IMG/VR virus record: IMGVR_UViG_3300043499_000197
Location: 1,424-65,423 of that record
DNA: 64,000 nucleotides
Source: a virus
Lineage: Duplodnaviria; Caudoviricetes
Strand: one strand, 5' to 3'
Shown here: positions 11,201 to 20,290 of the stretch, one piece after another
Numbering within the stretch: position 1 is the first letter of the stretch
Layout: each line of letters opens with the position of its first letter
Made by a program: the position numbers and the translations under genes
Notes under the pieces: model-generated
Told to the model about the DNA's origin: nothing
Database searches by the model: none
The model's input: the letters and a program-made list of their open reading frames with translations, nothing else

Positions 11201-14200
11201 CGCGCAACTGGCCACCCAGATCTATCTCAAGATGGGCGAGGGCAACGGCAAGCTGAAGACGCGCGTGGACGACAAGGGCGGCAGCGCCAACCACGCGGAG
11301 GTGAAGATCACGCCGCAGGGGCCGACCGCCACCTTCTACACGGCCAAGGGAGCGCGCGGCCTGTCCACCGACACCGTGCTGCACGAGGCGCTGCACGTGG
11401 TCTCGCTGTCGGCTTACTACGACGTGACGGCCGCGGCCAAGGCCGGCAACGCGGCGGCGACCAAGGCCGTGAGCGAGATGTACGGCTTGTGGAACGAGTT
11501 CGAGACCGCGGCGCAGAAGGCCGGCATGGGCAAGGGGCTAGACCTGGAGACGCGCAGTTCGATCCGGGAGTCGATCGAGAGCATGGACGAGTTTTTCGTG
11601 CGCGCGCTCACCGACCCGGCGCTGCAGAAGTTCATGGCCACCGTCCCCTACGAGGGCAAGACGCTGTGGGACCACTTCAAGGACTGGGTGCGCAAGACGC
11701 TCACCGGCAAAGCCGGCATCCAACCCAGTTGGCTGGACGCGGCCACGCTGGGCTCCGAGCGTTTCCTCGAAGCGCAAGGCCCGCAGATGGCTGCGTGGCA
11801 CCAGCAGGCCATGGGCGGCGCCAAGCAACTCAACTCGGCCCGCGCACAGAATATCGAGGCGGTCAGGCGGGCGGCGGTGGAGCGCGTGCCGGCACGGGCG
11901 CGCCCGGCCGTGGACACCATGAGCCGCATGATCGGCAACTCCACCAAGAGCCTGATCAAGGGCCTCACCTTCACGCGCGACCTGCTGCAGATGGCCGAGC
12001 GCGGCCTGGGGCAGGCGGCTGCGGACTACCTGCGGCTGGAAGAAGGGCGCAACGCAACGAAGATCGCCCACCTGCATGCGGCCGACGTGGTCGTGGCCGC
12101 GCACAAGAAGCTGTCGGTGGCCGAGCGTGCCGGCGTCAACGCCTACCTGAAGAAGTCCACCATGGAAGCCAAGTGGGGCTACCGGCCGGACCACTTCAGT
12201 GCCGAAGACAAGGCCAAGGTGAAGGTGGACCCGGCGCTGGAAGCGATCTGGAAAAACACGCTGAACGACGCCCAGCGCGCGGTCGTGAAAGAGGTGTTCA
12301 AGCACGGCCACGAGACGCTGACGACGATGAAGACGCTGGTGAACCTGAACGTGGCCGCCGAGTTCCAGGCCGCCATCGCGCAGGCCCGCGCGGCCAACGA
12401 CGACAAGGGGGCCGACAAGCTGCAGGCCGACATGGACGACCAGTTGGCCCACTTCAAGACGCTGCTGGCGGTGGGCGAGTACCACCCGTACGCGCCGCTC
12501 AAGCGCTTCGGCAACCACGTGGTGGTCGGCAAGTCGCAGCGCTACATGGATGCCGAAGCGGCGCTCGAAGCCAACGCTGACGACAAGGCCGCGCGCAAGG
12601 CGCTGCGCGAGATGCAGTCCAACGCCGACCATTACTACGTGTCGATGCACGAGACCCAGCACGAGGCGCAGCAGGAGCGCGACCGCATCGCCGGGCAGTA
12701 CGACCAAGCCGACACGATGGAGAAGGACCGCGGCTACCTGAACGAGGTGGGCGGCAACCGGGGCATGATGGGCATGTTCCACCGGCTGCGCGGGCAGGCC
12801 GAGCGCGAGGGTGGCAACTTGGACAAGAAGGCCCAGCAGGCCACCGACCGCCTGCTGACCGACCTGTACCTGTCGCTGCTGTCGGAGACCAGCGCACGCC
12901 AGTCCGAGCGCGAGCGCAAGAACGTGGCCGGCGCCGACGAGGACATGATGCGGGCCTTCCATTCCAAGGGCCGCGCGGACGCCAACTTCCTCGCCTCGCT
13001 GGCCACCGGCGGCGCGATGCAGGACGCGCTCAATGCGATGGAGAAGGAAGCCGGGCGCAACGGCATGGTGAACGGCACCACGCGCGAAGAGCGCCATGCG
13101 CACTACAGGGAAATCCTGTCGCGCCACGTCATGGGCATGGACTACAAGCAGAGCCCGGCGGTGGATGCCGCGCTGAAAGCCTCCTCGGTCATGCAACTGC
13201 TGACCAACCCGGCCTACCACCTGACCAACCTGCTGCAGCCCTATGTCATGAGCGTGCCGACGCTGGCCGGGCGCTTCGGCATGGTGAAGTCGATGGGCGC
13301 GATGATGGCCGCGCACCGCGAACTGGGCGGGCGGCTGTTCAAGAACGGCGTCGATCATTCGTCGATCGAGGACCTGCCCAGCGATGTGCGCAAGGGCATC
13401 CAGGCGCTGATGGACAAGGGCCTGATCAACATGAGCCTGGACAGCGAGCACGGTGGCGAGTGGAACGAAGGCAAGCTGGGCAAGCCGATCGGCTGGCTGA
13501 AGCGCGTCTCCGAGCGCATCGAGGCGGTGAACCGGGTGGCCACGGGGGTGGCGGCGCTGCGGCTGGCAGACAAGGCCGGCCTGAGCGAGCAGGCGGCTGT
13601 TAACTACGCGGCCAAGATCATCTACGACACGCACGGCGACTACTCGGGCTTCAACACCCCCAGCCTGATGCGCGCTCCGGTGGCGCGCCTGATCACGCAG
13701 TACCGCAAGTTCCAGTTGATCCAGCTTCACAACTACACGCGCATGGTGCGCGACGGCTTCCTGCGTGCCGACCTGAGCAAGGAAGAGAAGTGGGTGGCCA
13801 GGAAGGCGCTGGCGTACAACCTCTCGACCATGTTCGCGCTCGGCGGGACCCTGGCGCTTCCCGGTGCGCAGGCCGTGGGTGCGATCCTGCGCGCCATCTT
13901 CGGCGATGACGACGAGCCCGACGATCCCGAACTGACGATGCGCAAGTACTTGGCCGACGCCGGGCTCGAAGGCATCTCCGACCTGCTGGTGAAAGGGGTG
14001 CCGGCGTGGCTGGGCGTGGATGTGTCGGGCCGGCTGGGTGCGGGCAACATCGCCTCGCTGTTCCCGTACGCCGACATCAGCGACAAGGGCAAGAGCAGTC
14101 TGGTCTCGCGCAAGGCGTTCGAGGCGTACGCGCTGGCGGCCACCGGCCCCTTCATCGGCGGGCTCGCGCCCAAGCTGGCGGACGGCTTGCACGACTGGTC

Positions 14201-14693
14201 CAACGGCGATCCATACAAGGGCACCGAGAAGCTGATGCCCAGCGGCCTGGGCAACATGCTCAAGGGAGCCCGCATCGCCACCCAGGGCGTGACGATGAAG
14301 AGCGGCGACACCGTGATGGACGCCGATCAGGTCGGCTTCCTGGCCGGACTGGGACAGGCCGTGGGCCTGCCGACCACCACCGTCACCGAGCGCGGCCAGC
14401 GCGGGCAGGCGCTGCGCAACATGGACCTGTTCTACAAGGACAAGGTGTCGCAGATCAAGCGCGAGTATGTGCAGGCGTACCGGGACGGCGACGCGGAGAA
14501 GCTGGCCGAGGCCCGTGCGGACTGGGCCGAGGTCGGCCAGCGCATGAAGGCGCACGACCTGCAGCCGCCCAAGGTGAGCGACCTCGTGAAGGCGCCGCAC
14601 GCGCAGGCGAAGAAGGACAAGAGCCTGATCGAAGGGGTGCAGACCAGCAAGCGCACGGCCGGCGCAGCGCGCCAGTTGGCCGAACTCTACTAA
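5214..14693 (+). CDS. Giant polyvalent internal virion protein (3159 aa): LPD23-like, three HExxH metallopeptidase-like motifs, PLxRFG and helical C-terminal domain
   Basis: TGWFRNPIDGEMRYEIAD (~10250); VHEILH (~9657), VHELQH (~10554), LHEALH (~11379); YAPLKRFG (~12490); last gene of ejection cluster. Confidence 0.85.
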   Translation: MALLDKMRQHYGADLSDEEIITRASKDLDVPVTDMAKEVGYKTGGKWGSAASGAVDTMQSQAWDAGEAAAQGLGWEGVAKYAKGKRKQNEASAEIAGAAAEAQGLTTDWRGIRGAGDVGEFVGSTAIGSAPQMGVGLAGAAAGAAIGSVVPVVGTAVGGAAGYALSQLPLYFGANRQAQREQTKDLLGGERVDDTSALLAAGGQTALDMFGGPVGSAVRRGGTAIGRKLGREVLKEEAEEVAETGAKKAGRSTFSPLAMAKDFAVGGIKEGAYSEIPQQVLEEYARGAVDSSHDLLGSEAQGRYIGAAAGALALGGPVNAVTGAMGRAKANSRSDYDPTASKTEAPATVAGSKNAPAAGLTPEMVGPPREMVGPTRAMPDDSIVAAQAAGTVKEVLGTPSEARIDANAPPAPPTPEQTAADKRAAGIASEKAALAARSEKAAADGVDPKYVLEHAALEGALSEGLISEAEEQRAVAALATGEPALVAETKKLVAEIEKEHATRQQAPVPKVAGLSPGRSALAAFTHKETGKPMSEQARDRAYLILGLDEEGHPVGDPLTLQDVAEIEHRVQGKTGPVPDNKKALKAISKQLNEFGLDAEARRALYKQIHGEDMPLEGNVTAEGDAALQEGEEVEVEPEHRDRVTDSDESELQGAIGTHDTRIGAEDVGDTGSMRLVGSANQNVAVEEITSEQRADVLSSLIAGPGYNDAQKEAFKQALGSGKTLGSEAGAKKLLADTANFNEDELKALGVLFEHGKTTKAAAGRRARVEAVVARLTGEMTEHERQVRERQQAANNARLAQEELKRAELKAQQEGGLEDLDARLDEDGRTLRMHLMLKTGEFETAEEREERRAAGRMSRQERLIGESLADAKATYARLFADHAKEKDPNDHLPPWDELTPREQAAFVRMVDYQNFESRDPEHVAQGKIAGKAYEAQEGHAQRTAAAKREAEKAVAKAMPEFQAEVKKTYEAETQAETQRIIEESKARSQQRKEKLTLKAKPKAEPPAAPAPAPQEKPSGQQASPESVSPPKPEPVEAKAAPRVHRRASKPAVQAVVGGGTATAGKEVSKGSARGAPDATARAPHGPGPVRGEDGQAAPAASTEGDRADVAADDGFWDRAGPTGPTEEEQARAVLGDVPMEREYDENTSWSAVIPLQKKEKQAEDDVMVGAGNNWIPFEKAKELAAKYLSARQLKMPFQYQHMLGIAARDWERMIQAMTGLTTREALEGKAAVAPAAKESEYAAAASSFMEDNSSVEPDDFADPVKLENGKYMNAPDLAQAVVLSLPAEEHTDPDAYAKLGILPEGRAEVLSAVNELLASPQFQNVERLNAARDESPAPLTVTASAGTQVEGGVPRAPSVTRVVRRARTGLDEGTLTPEQFAAQATAALDAADAARESKPRVGKLRGADRIMEMLLAARRRGELDAEGVEMAMWFIRQNPAAVDNLGISIRAAGENEAGTSGYYNPVARIVTLIKGSLNTETAVHEILHHLERMMPRNLQNAIRRTWAKSLAKAYKAAQKAGNENLTAYYKALMDYHFDNGRTALLDKALDMLHSGAVGYEHYQHFNPSEFWAINGSRIVAGRFGVSGSVVGRIRQYLGEFVQKVKSVLGLKSDASIIRALNSVARADGTFTSGLMLQDQPGVHFMYAGQKTADQEQLNQLNRYHWMRATGETTAAQARVATGWFRNPIDGEMRYEIADHDAEFTTARPPERMVLTQRGQKPVTYRLDEVLIHPALFEAYPEARQILVSRQDDPNPTVQGWFNPDQNMVVFTPRADNPLSTLVHELQHWVQTQEGFAVGGSPEEVTHAMSPEQRVRLYLRASAEMAKPGYQSHLEESDRQRLEILLAGNLEPDPDALALYAAGTAALQRAYLHIAGEIEARDTQARLQMTPTQRDETTPLTSEKIGLKDVVTIRGAAGTAKSVEGGVSRRNVLLGALASAAGVRANAATDTLVQGKAQPINPQSWGAKISPAAEKLLRAGDLRGAIAQIAEGARDPRIAQLATQIYLKMGEGNGKLKTRVDDKGGSANHAEVKITPQGPTATFYTAKGARGLSTDTVLHEALHVVSLSAYYDVTAAAKAGNAAATKAVSEMYGLWNEFETAAQKAGMGKGLDLETRSSIRESIESMDEFFVRALTDPALQKFMATVPYEGKTLWDHFKDWVRKTLTGKAGIQPSWLDAATLGSERFLEAQGPQMAAWHQQAMGGAKQLNSARAQNIEAVRRAAVERVPARARPAVDTMSRMIGNSTKSLIKGLTFTRDLLQMAERGLGQAAADYLRLEEGRNATKIAHLHAADVVVAAHKKLSVAERAGVNAYLKKSTMEAKWGYRPDHFSAEDKAKVKVDPALEAIWKNTLNDAQRAVVKEVFKHGHETLTTMKTLVNLNVAAEFQAAIAQARAANDDKGADKLQADMDDQLAHFKTLLAVGEYHPYAPLKRFGNHVVVGKSQRYMDAEAALEANADDKAARKALREMQSNADHYYVSMHETQHEAQQERDRIAGQYDQADTMEKDRGYLNEVGGNRGMMGMFHRLRGQAEREGGNLDKKAQQATDRLLTDLYLSLLSETSARQSERERKNVAGADEDMMRAFHSKGRADANFLASLATGGAMQDALNAMEKEAGRNGMVNGTTREERHAHYREILSRHVMGMDYKQSPAVDAALKASSVMQLLTNPAYHLTNLLQPYVMSVPTLAGRFGMVKSMGAMMAAHRELGGRLFKNGVDHSSIEDLPSDVRKGIQALMDKGLINMSLDSEHGGEWNEGKLGKPIGWLKRVSERIEAVNRVATGVAALRLADKAGLSEQAAVNYAAKIIYDTHGDYSGFNTPSLMRAPVARLITQYRKFQLIQLHNYTRMVRDGFLRADLSKEEKWVARKALAYNLSTMFALGGTLALPGAQAVGAILRAIFGDDDEPDDPELTMRKYLADAGLEGISDLLVKGVPAWLGVDVSGRLGAGNIASLFPYADISDKGKSSLVSRKAFEAYALAATGPFIGGLAPKLADGLHDWSNGDPYKGTEKLMPSGLGNMLKGARIATQGVTMKSGDTVMDADQVGFLAGLGQAVGLPTTTVTERGQRGQALRNMDLFYKDKVSQIKREYVQAYRDGDAEKLAEARADWAEVGQRMKAHDLQPPKVSDLVKAPHAQAKKDKSLIEGVQTSKRTAGAARQLAELY
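8263..8538 (+). CDS. Nested +1-frame small basic protein (91 aa) inside the giant gene
   Basis: AGGAG at 8251-8255, GTG start; GC3 bias switches to this frame over its length. Confidence 0.6.
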   Translation: MANKQVPKVSVPRSPSPSKLKPPRESIDEQVSRLSKQWSEAELQLLEKKYPKAVHAVRLTQLQERHMDPDQFAVRMAKLRQPPAPKGTVPM

Positions 14694-17600
14694 CGCAGCG
14701 GGACCACGTTGGTGGGCGGTGGTGGCGGGGTGCTGGCAGTCGGGAGACCGTCGTCTTCCGGGATGCCCAGCTTGCGCGAGAGTACGCGCTTGTCGATCGT
14801 GTAGCACATGATGAAGGTGCCGGTGCTCTGGCGCAGCCCTTTGTAGAGGTTGAACTTCTCGGAGGAGTTCTTGCGCGGCCCGCCTTCCTTGCCGAACAGC
14901 TTGAACACGCCTTCCTCGCGCCCACGCTTGACGATCTCGGTCTCGGGTATGTTGTGCTTGCGGCACCACTCGCGCGATGCATCCACCGACAGGTGGCTGC
15001 GCCCAGTAGAGCGGATGTGGCGCACATGCACGACGTCGGGGATGCGGCCACTGCTGTTCAGGATCCTGTCTTCGATGTCCGGGCGCCCGTTGACCAGCCG
15101 TGTCTCGCCCTCGGTGACCAGCGTGTGGGGCGCCAGATCGTGCAGCATCTTGGACAGGTTCGCGAGACCGTCCGCGGAGATGATGTTCTCTGCTATGAAA
15201 TCAGTAGCACTGTTGTGCGCCACCTTGAAGGCATCGATGATGCCCTTGAGCGGGAACACCTCGATGCCCAGCTTGGCCAGGGTCAGGTGCAGCGCCAGCA
15301 GCGCGCCCAGGCCCCGGTACTGGAAGCGGTCGGCCACCTTGGCGCCGGTCGCCTTGTCGGCCTTCTCGACGCAAGCCATGGTGAGGTCGGTCACCGCGGC
15401 CAGTCCCATCCGCACGATCTCGCGGTGAATAACCGCACCCAGCGCGCCGGTGCACTCGCGGTTGATGACCGCCAAGTCCTGTGCGAAAGCGTGGCGGGAC
15501 GGCAGGTCGTGGTCGGGCATGCCGTCCACGTTGATCTCCAAGAGGCGCCGCTGGATCGCGTCGCTCGACTCCTGCACGTTGGCGATCATGTCGCGCTGGC
15601 TGGTGTTGGTGGTCATCAGGTTGATCAGCGCCCAGGGCGCCGAGATGTTCAGCCCACCCTCCTTGTTGCCGCGCTCGCGGCTGGCGCCGTTGGCCACCAT
15701 GTGCACCGCGTTGGCCACCTGCTCGGGCGTGGCGCTGCCCATCTCGTCCATGATGTTGGGCAGCGTGCCGTGGATGGTGAGCCGCGAGACCCGGGCCATG
15801 TCGGTGGCGCCGAGCGCGCCGCCATCGTTGGTGAGCGCAGCCGGCTTGCCGTAGGCCAGGATCGCGGCCTGCACCGCCGCCGTCTTGCCGCGTGCGGACT
15901 CTCGCGAGAACAGCGACACCGACAGGCCCCCTCGCGGCAGCACGCTCCCGGACTGGAACTCGCCGGTCACAAACGGCATGAAGGGACTCGCGAGCCCCAT
16001 CATGATCGCCAACTGGAAGCGCTCCATGCCCGGCTGGCCGAAGTGGCACTTCAAGAATGCGACATGCCGGCGGGCGCGCTCCTCGACGTAGGGCCAGACA
16101 TCGGGCTGCCACTCGCCATACACGCCCTCGTGCGGCAGCGGGACCTGGAACTGCCCGGCCACGTCTTCCAGCTTCTTCGCCAGCATCGAACGCTCGATGC
16201 GCCCGTCCTTGAAGATCGTGTGCACACCCTGGGTGGCGGCCAGATCGCCGTTGGGCAGGATGCGCAGCCCCAGGTGATCGCCGATCTGCATGCGCTTGCC
16301 GCTGTGCGCGATGAGTTGCAGTGCGCTGCGCGCGTAGTCGTGGACTGCCATGTGAGCCTTCCGATTGTTGGTGAGGTGGATGCGCTCCCCACCCAGGACC
16401 TTGATCAGATCACGCTGCACGGCCAGCACATCCTGGCCGAGCGTGAAACTGGAAACCGAGCGGCCGTCCGGGTCCAGCTTGTAGACCTGCACGCGCGCCA
16501 CGTTGTCGCCTTCGGAGTCGGCCCAGTGGCCCATCCAGAACACCGTGCTGGCGAACGCCACCAGTGTGACGGTGGGCTGGCCGGTGTCCACATCGTCGTC
16601 GCCGGGCATCTCGTGGACCATCTCGTAGCCCGGCCCCGGCGTCAGCGCGCGCACCGTGAAGCCGGGCGGCAGCCGGCCTTCCCATGGGCGCGTGGGTGGC
16701 GGTGGCGGAAGAGCGGGGGGAGGTGGGAGCGCTGCGGGTGGCGTTGCAACTGAAACCGCGGCCGGTTGTACAACCGGTGTTGGCGCAGCAAGCAGCGGTG
16801 CTTCCACCAGCAGCACCGGGGATTTTACCGTGCCCCGGTAGACGCAGGTCTCGCACGCCTTGGTGTGGTTGGCGAACTCGGCGCAGGTGGTGGGGCCAGC
16901 CGTCCACAGGTCCAGCTTCCTCTGCGTCTGCTCTTCGTCATAGTTGGGGTGCCCCATGCTCCATTCGTGTGCCAGATCCTCGCCTTCTATGGTGTGTTTT
17001 ACGAGCCCCAGCATGGCGCGCCAGTAGGGCTCGGGCACGTCGCCACCCTTGGCTGCGGCCTCGTGCAGCGCGGCGCACTTGGCCGCCACGGCAATGGCCG
17101 ACACCGGCGGGCGCTGCACGTGCACGATCTGCACGTCCGCATTGACCGACATGTCGTACTTGCCGGCCGGCATGTCAGGCACACTGGGGATGTCGGCTGA
17201 CACGAGCCGGCCACGCAGGTCGGCGACATTCCATATATGACCGGTGTCCTGCAGAATGGCGACCCGCACCGTGTCATGGTGGATGGTCCCCGGAGGTCGC
17301 AGGATGCGCGCCGTGTCGAGGGTGCAGGTGGAATCGATCAGGAGCCCGTGGTGGACCCCCCGCTGCTGCAGGCCCTGGGCCATCGGCACCCAGTCGGCCG
17401 GCGCGCAGTCCGCATCCAGGCACCAGTAGATGTGCAGCCCCTCGCCGCTGGAGACGATGTAGCTGGGCGGCAGGTCGGCCGCCTTGCAGAAGCCGATCAC
17501 CGCGGCCAGGGCGAGCTTCCGGGTGGCGTAGTTTTTGCTGGGGTCCTTGGAGAATTTCTTCGCGCCGGCATCGATGTCCAGGCGCAGTGCGCGCAAGGCA

Positions 17601-17800
17601 CGCACATTGCTTTGCTTGCGATTGGCGATCGAGTGGTAGCTCGCGGTGCCGAAGTAAATGCCGGGCCGATTGCCGTAACGTTGTGTGAAATCGATTAGCT
17701 CATCGTGAGACTCTGCCCACAGATGTTGCTTGGTCGCATGATTGAACAGGCAAAAGTAGCCCGTCCTGGGGAGCACGTCCCCATAGAATTTTGTAAGCAA
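14690..17800 (-). CDS. Primase-helicase (AEP/RepB-like primase, Cys-rich linker, DUF927-type P-loop helicase)
   Basis: LRLDID, SSGEGLHIYW, ARILRPPGT primase motifs; CAEF...CETC; SARGKT Walker A, IMDE Walker B. Confidence 0.85.
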   Translation of the reverse strand: MLTKFYGDVLPRTGYFCLFNHATKQHLWAESHDELIDFTQRYGNRPGIYFGTASYHSIANRKQSNVRALRALRLDIDAGAKKFSKDPSKNYATRKLALAAVIGFCKAADLPPSYIVSSGEGLHIYWCLDADCAPADWVPMAQGLQQRGVHHGLLIDSTCTLDTARILRPPGTIHHDTVRVAILQDTGHIWNVADLRGRLVSADIPSVPDMPAGKYDMSVNADVQIVHVQRPPVSAIAVAAKCAALHEAAAKGGDVPEPYWRAMLGLVKHTIEGEDLAHEWSMGHPNYDEEQTQRKLDLWTAGPTTCAEFANHTKACETCVYRGTVKSPVLLVEAPLLAAPTPVVQPAAVSVATPPAALPPPPALPPPPPTRPWEGRLPPGFTVRALTPGPGYEMVHEMPGDDDVDTGQPTVTLVAFASTVFWMGHWADSEGDNVARVQVYKLDPDGRSVSSFTLGQDVLAVQRDLIKVLGGERIHLTNNRKAHMAVHDYARSALQLIAHSGKRMQIGDHLGLRILPNGDLAATQGVHTIFKDGRIERSMLAKKLEDVAGQFQVPLPHEGVYGEWQPDVWPYVEERARRHVAFLKCHFGQPGMERFQLAIMMGLASPFMPFVTGEFQSGSVLPRGGLSVSLFSRESARGKTAAVQAAILAYGKPAALTNDGGALGATDMARVSRLTIHGTLPNIMDEMGSATPEQVANAVHMVANGASRERGNKEGGLNISAPWALINLMTTNTSQRDMIANVQESSDAIQRRLLEINVDGMPDHDLPSRHAFAQDLAVINRECTGALGAVIHREIVRMGLAAVTDLTMACVEKADKATGAKVADRFQYRGLGALLALHLTLAKLGIEVFPLKGIIDAFKVAHNSATDFIAENIISADGLANLSKMLHDLAPHTLVTEGETRLVNGRPDIEDRILNSSGRIPDVVHVRHIRSTGRSHLSVDASREWCRKHNIPETEIVKRGREEGVFKLFGKEGGPRKNSSEKFNLYKGLRQSTGTFIMCYTIDKRVLSRKLGIPEDDGLPTASTPPPPPTNVVPLR

Positions 17801-17818
17801 CTCACCCCCCGGTGTGCT

Positions 17819-18097
17819 CTAAAGGTTGAGTGCGCCTTGCGACGCGCTGATAACGGCTCGTATGGCGGCGGGTCGCTTGTGCTTGGGCATGCCGCTGGGC
17901 AACGGCAGCAGGTCATCCTCGATGGCTGTTTCCAGCACGTCAAGCAGTTCCGTGATGCGATTGCGGATGTACATGTGGGGAGCCATTTTGCCCACTACCC
18001 ACTTGTTGGTGGTGACTCGGCTCACGCGCGCGACGTCGGCGAACTCCTGCTGTGTGAGGTGCGCGCGCTCGATCACGGTGAAGTCGAGTTTCGTCAT
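17819..18097 (-). CDS. XRE/Cro-like HTH DNA-binding protein
   Basis: LTQQEFADVARVSRVTTNKW HTH; start reassigned to ATG at 18097. Confidence 0.8.
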   Translation of the reverse strand: MTKLDFTVIERAHLTQQEFADVARVSRVTTNKWVVGKMAPHMYIRNRITELLDVLETAIEDDLLPLPSGMPKHKRPAAIRAVISASQGALNL

Positions 18098-18158
18098 AGG
18101 AATAGGGCCGGTTACGGTTCCGGCGACACCTTTCGGTGCCCGACCACGGGGGGTGGAT

Positions 18159-19472
18159 CTAGTCGTCGGTCGCATCGAGCAACGCATCGAGGTTGCCGAG
18201 CAGGTCGGCATGATCGGACGCGGCGGCAGCGGCGGGGGCTACCACCGGATTGGTTGCGGCAGCCACGACTGGTTGGGCCGCTGCGGCTGGCGCCACTGCA
18301 GGTTGTGCAGGGGCAACGGCAGCAGCGGCCGGCGGCTGTGGGGCGGCTGCCTGGAGCGCTGCCGCTTCGGCCGCTCGTGCCGCAGCCATCTCGGCCTGCG
18401 AGCGACGCCGACGCGGCGGGGCGGTCGGAGCCACCGGTGCCTGTGGGGTCGCCGGCGCGTCAGCCGGGGCCAGGGCGGTCGCTGGTGCAGCCGCTGGTGG
18501 GGTAGTGGCTTGGCCCCCCATCATCGCGTCCAGGCCGCTCACATCGACGGCGGTACGGGCCGCGGGCTGCGGCGGTGGCGGTGCCACGCTGGCCTGACGG
18601 GCACGCTCGGCCGCTGCCGCGGCTTCGGCCGCTGCCGCCGTCTCGGCCGCTTCGCGGGTTTGCTTCTCGGCCAGCAGCCGGGCCACGTCGGCGTCGGCTT
18701 CGGTGGGCGGCGCTTCGAGGGCCTGCGGGCGGTAGCCCAGCATATCTTCGACCGTCTGGTCGCTGTACGCTGCCTCGACGGCAGCGTACACCGAGTCGCT
18801 CAGCAAGCCAACCAGCTTGAAGGTCAGCTTCGGGGCGGGCGCCTCGTTGTCGAAGCCCACCTTGAGCACCAGTGCGTTGTACGGGATGTTGCGCTGCTCG
18901 GCGGCCTTCACCACGTCCGAGAAGTTGGTGCGCGAGCCCGCCGGGATGCGCAGCAGGTAGGGCTCCAGCTTCTCGCCGGGCTGCACGGTGTCGGGGTCGA
19001 GCACGGCCGCGCGCGTGTTGACGCTGCAGGCGGTGCCCTTGCCCTCCATGTTGGCGCGCGAGCCCCACACGGCATGCGGGCAGATCGCGCACTTGGGGGC
19101 CTGCCGGTCCTGGGCATCGGCAGCCGGCACGATGCCGTCCACCGAATAGCAATCGGGGCGGGCTTCCACGCCCTCGCTGCCTTCCACATACGCCTTGGCA
19201 AAGAACACGCGGCTCTTCACGTTGGCGCGAACGACCGACAGGTTGACGAACTGTAGCGCGGCTTCCGGGTCGTCGGCGCGCGTCAGCACCTTCTTGTCGT
19301 TGCCCTTGATCAGGGTGAACACCTTGCCCTTGATCGAGAGCACCGGGTAGGTCGGGCCGGTGATGACATCGGCGTTGAGTTCCGAAGCGCGCGCCTTGAG
19401 CGCGGCACGGTCGGACGTGATGTAGCTGGGCAGCGCGGCATTCGGCGTGCCGAAGAGAACGATGTTGGCCAT
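18159..19472 (-). CDS. ssDNA-binding/replication protein with Ala/Pro linker and acidic tail
   Basis: CYS.DG, CAICP, GKGTAC motifs; ends DALLDATDD; replication-module position; AAGGA SD. Confidence 0.6.
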   Translation of the reverse strand: MANIVLFGTPNAALPSYITSDRAALKARASELNADVITGPTYPVLSIKGKVFTLIKGNDKKVLTRADDPEAALQFVNLSVVRANVKSRVFFAKAYVEGSEGVEARPDCYSVDGIVPAADAQDRQAPKCAICPHAVWGSRANMEGKGTACSVNTRAAVLDPDTVQPGEKLEPYLLRIPAGSRTNFSDVVKAAEQRNIPYNALVLKVGFDNEAPAPKLTFKLVGLLSDSVYAAVEAAYSDQTVEDMLGYRPQALEAPPTEADADVARLLAEKQTREAAETAAAAEAAAAAERARQASVAPPPPQPAARTAVDVSGLDAMMGGQATTPPAAAPATALAPADAPATPQAPVAPTAPPRRRRSQAEMAAARAAEAAALQAAAPQPPAAAAVAPAQPAVAPAAAAQPVVAAATNPVVAPAAAAASDHADLLGNLDALLDATDD

Positions 19473-19498
19473 ATGTTTATTTCCTTACAGGTGCGGGT

Positions 19499-19882
19499 TT
19501 ATGTGGATGCGCGGCGAATGCGGACGACCGCTTCCTCGCGCCAGTTGACGCCCGGGGGCAGGTCGCTGTGGGCGTCCTTGTATTCGATCACGGCGGTCTT
19601 GTTGACCCGGTGATCCAGCAGGTTCCAGGCTTGATCACGTTTGATGTAATCGAGCAGCGCATCCCAGTCCTTGACGGTGGCACTGGTGACGGTGGACTTG
19701 AAGGCGGTGCCGGCGGGCGAGCCCACCGAGTCCACGCCGTTGGCATTCAGGTGGCCGAGGATGAAGTTCTCGACCTTCTCCATGGCTTCGTCGATCTTGG
19801 CGACGCTTGCCTCGTACTCGGCCTTCATCACGGCCTTCTTGTCTCGCAGCTTTACATAGCGATCTATCAATTGTTCGATCAT
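19499..19882 (-). CDS. Conserved coiled-coil phage protein (Gam/gp157-like)
   Basis: N-terminal coiled coil, V.DWDA, LPPGV motifs. Confidence 0.6.
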   Translation of the reverse strand: MIEQLIDRYVKLRDKKAVMKAEYEASVAKIDEAMEKVENFILGHLNANGVDSVGSPAGTAFKSTVTSATVKDWDALLDYIKRDQAWNLLDHRVNKTAVIEYKDAHSDLPPGVNWREEAVVRIRRAST

Positions 19883-19912
19883 GGGCAGTTCCTTTGGTGA
19901 GGTGAGAAAGTA

Positions 19913-19924
19913 TAAACTGGTTTA
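19913..19924. promoter_or_regulatory. Palindromic operator-like site TAAACTGGTTTA
   Basis: Related copies at 24134, 45749, 45854; adjacent TATACT on - strand. Confidence 0.55.
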
Positions 19925-20290
19925 CTAGTTGGGTCGCGGGTCATGAGCCCCTTTCAAGTGAGTGACTTCACGGGTGACGATCTGCTGGGTGGAAGGGCCG
20001 ACCGCGGCCAGGATCCAGGGGCCGATGTGCAGCAGCGGCACGCCGTCCATCACCAGGATCTCCGAGCCGTCCAGGAACAGCGTGCGGTGCAGGCGCCCGG
20101 TCAGTTGCATTGGGGTCCAGCCGGTGCCGATGCGCATCTGGATCGCCTTGGTGATCTCGTCGTCCACCCACTGGGCGCAGCGCTGGGCGGCCTCGTCGGC
20201 CACCTGCTGGGTGCGCTCCCACTGGGCGCGCAACTCCTCGGGCACGTCGTCGTCCGACAGGTCGGGCATCGGGAAGCGGAGCTTCTTCAT
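19925..20290 (-). CDS. Hypothetical protein
   Basis: MKKLRFP start overlaps helicase stop; coding-like codons. Confidence 0.7.
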   Translation of the reverse strand: MKKLRFPMPDLSDDDVPEELRAQWERTQQVADEAAQRCAQWVDDEITKAIQMRIGTGWTPMQLTGRLHRTLFLDGSEILVMDGVPLLHIGPWILAAVGPSTQQIVTREVTHLKGAHDPRPN

